From: an uncultured Alphaproteobacteria bacterium
GTDB taxonomy: Bacteria; Pseudomonadota; Alphaproteobacteria; ATCC43930; CGMCC-115725
Reading direction: 5' to 3'
Assembly (NCBI GenBank): GCA_963721625.1
Contig: CAVRKF010000012.1
Coordinates: 104,283-168,282, forward strand
DNA length: 64,000 bases
The notes beneath the pieces are model-generated. The model did no database searches and had not been told where the DNA came from. It saw nothing but the letters and a program-made list of their open reading frames with translations. Of the stretch, positions 62,978 to 64,000 are shown one piece after another; the first letter of the stretch is position 1, and each line of letters opens with the position of its first letter. A program made the position numbers and the translations under genes.

Positions 62978-63675
62978 GTGCTCGCGGTCGAGGACATCCA
63001 CACCTATTACGGCGCGAGCCACATCCTGCAGGGCATGTCGCTCACCGTGGAGCGCGGCGAGGTGGTCGCCGTCATCGGCCGCAACGGCGTCGGCAAGACG
63101 ACGCTGGTGCGCTCGATCGTCGGGCTGACCCCGCCGCGGCGCGGGGCGCATTCTGTTCAAGGACACCGACATCACCCGCATGCCCGCGCATCGCATCGCC
63201 CGCATGGGCGTCGGGCTGGTGCCGCAGGGACGGCGCGTCTTTCCCTCGCTGTCGGTGCGCGAGCATCTCGAAGTCACGGCGCGGCGCCGCGGCGCCATCG
63301 CCCTGGACGCTCGAGCGGATGATCGCGCTCTTTCCCAATCTCGGCGCGCGGCTGGCCCAGACCGCGAACAAGCTTTCGGGCGGCGAGCAGCAGATGCTGG
63401 CGGCTGGCCGCGCCCTCGTCGGCAATCCCGATCTTCTGCTGATGGACGAGCCGACCGAGGGGCTGGCGCCGCTCATGGTGCGCGAGCTCGGCCGGCTCAT
63501 CGCGACGCTCAAGGAGACCGGCGCCTCGATCCTCCTGGTCGAGCAGCAACTCGCCTTCGTGCTGCGCCACGCCGACCGCATCTATATCGTCAGCAAGGGC
63601 CAGATCGTGCATCACTGCCGCCCGGCCGAGCTCGCCGAGGACCACGAAACCAAGTCACGGTATCTTGGCGTATAG
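62978..63675 (+). pseudogene. ABC transporter ATP-binding protein (LivF family), two frame breaks
   Basis: ORF 62978..63322 has Walker A GRNGVGKTT. ORF 63180.. gives GVGLVPQGRRVFPSLSVREHLE. ORF 63319..63675 has LSGGEQQMLA and [13 protein letters not shown]. Junctions are near 63140 and 63300. Confidence 0.8.
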
Positions 63676-63687
63676 AGCGGTAGCCGA

Positions 63688-64000
63688 TTACGCCGCCCGT
63701 GCCGCGCGGATCGCCTGCCACACCCGCTCAGGCGTGGCGGGCATGTCGATATGCGTGATGCCGAGCGGCGCGAGCGCATCGACCACGGCGTTCATGATCG
63801 CGGCGAGCGCGCCGACATTGCCGGCCTCGCCCGCGCCTTTGACGCCCAAGCGGGTTGGTCTTGGTCGGCACCGGGTTTTCCTCGGTATCGAACGAGCACA
63901 TATCGGCCGCGCGCGGCATGCCGTAATCCATGAACGAGCCGGTGAGCAACTGGCCCGATTGCGGATCGTAAACGAGATGCTCGGTGAAGCACTGGCCGAT
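63688..64000 (-). pseudogene. molybdopterin-dependent hydroxylase large subunit (xanthine dehydrogenase / aldehyde oxidase / CoxL family), 3' end; one frame break; gene continues right of the window
   Basis: ORF 63728..63949 gives [35 protein letters not shown]. Sense then shifts to [45 protein letters not shown]. The stop is at 63688..63690 and the junction is near 63845. Confidence 0.7.

Noticed and set aside
6054-63900. Programmed ribosomal frameshifting or other recoding as the explanation for the frame breaks.
   Set aside because: The breaks are far too numerous and occur in unrelated housekeeping-type families. I could see no shared slippery heptamer or downstream structure at the junctions I inspected. 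Indel error or decay is the simpler explanation.
1-64000. Genomic-island or mobile-element boundaries, CRISPR arrays, and tRNA or rRNA genes.
   Set aside because: I found no integrase, transposase, phage-like genes, repeat-spacer arrays or cloverleaf-like tRNA candidates on reading both strands. The only compositional anomaly is the short 42.85-43.46 kb segment reported above.

Overview
High-GC bacterial chromosomal segment. The gene content (CycH/CcmI, DUF1194, phasin, bdhA) looks alphaproteobacterial, possibly Hyphomicrobiales; that placement is inference. I recognised no rRNA, tRNA, CRISPR array, transposase or integrase. Layout, left to right: (1) 1-7.3 kb: end of an SDR gene, a TAXI-like binding protein, DUF1194, phasin, the T2SS secretin gspD, ccmI/cycH, a small secreted protein, and acetoacetate decarboxylase. 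(2) 7.4-15.1 kb, minus strand: an intact four-gene envelope operon of a ShlB/FhaC-type POTRA transporter, a secreted TPR-CHAT (caspase-fold) protein, a small secreted protein, and a CHASE2 sensor fused to a class III nucleotide cyclase. (3) 15.3-19.6 kb: a pentaheme cytochrome c, a prepilin peptidase, bdhA, and a patatin-like lipase. (4) 19.6-27.0 kb: T2SS genes gspE-F-H-I-J-K-L-M-N, with no gspG or gspC. (5) 27.0-39.9 kb, minus strand: a tightly packed six-gene redox cluster. It encodes an FAD/NAD(P) oxidoreductase with two cNMP-binding domains and a 4Fe-4S domain, an integral membrane protein, an FHA-anchored nine-heme cytochrome, a secreted tandem GlcG/DUF336 protein, an outer-membrane beta-barrel, and a ten-heme cytochrome fused to an LVIVD beta-propeller. 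I consider this the best candidate for an undescribed system, possibly a trans-envelope electron conduit. (6) 40-43 kb: cobB-type sirtuin, an ACT-domain protein, and a cNMP-binding patatin (NTE-like) lipase. (7) 44-63.7 kb: an aromatic/hydroxycinnamate catabolic island with aldolase, amidohydrolases, oxygenases, a ferA-like ADP-forming CoA synthetase, a ferB/HCHL-like hydratase-lyase, MFS and LivJHMGF-type transporters. It is followed by the 3' end of a molybdopterin hydroxylase gene. A dominant technical and biological feature is that many genes can only be read by joining two to more than ten reading frames, while blocks of about 8 kb are completely clean. Coordinates of frame-broken genes are my manual reconstructions and are approximate at internal junctions and at some ends.
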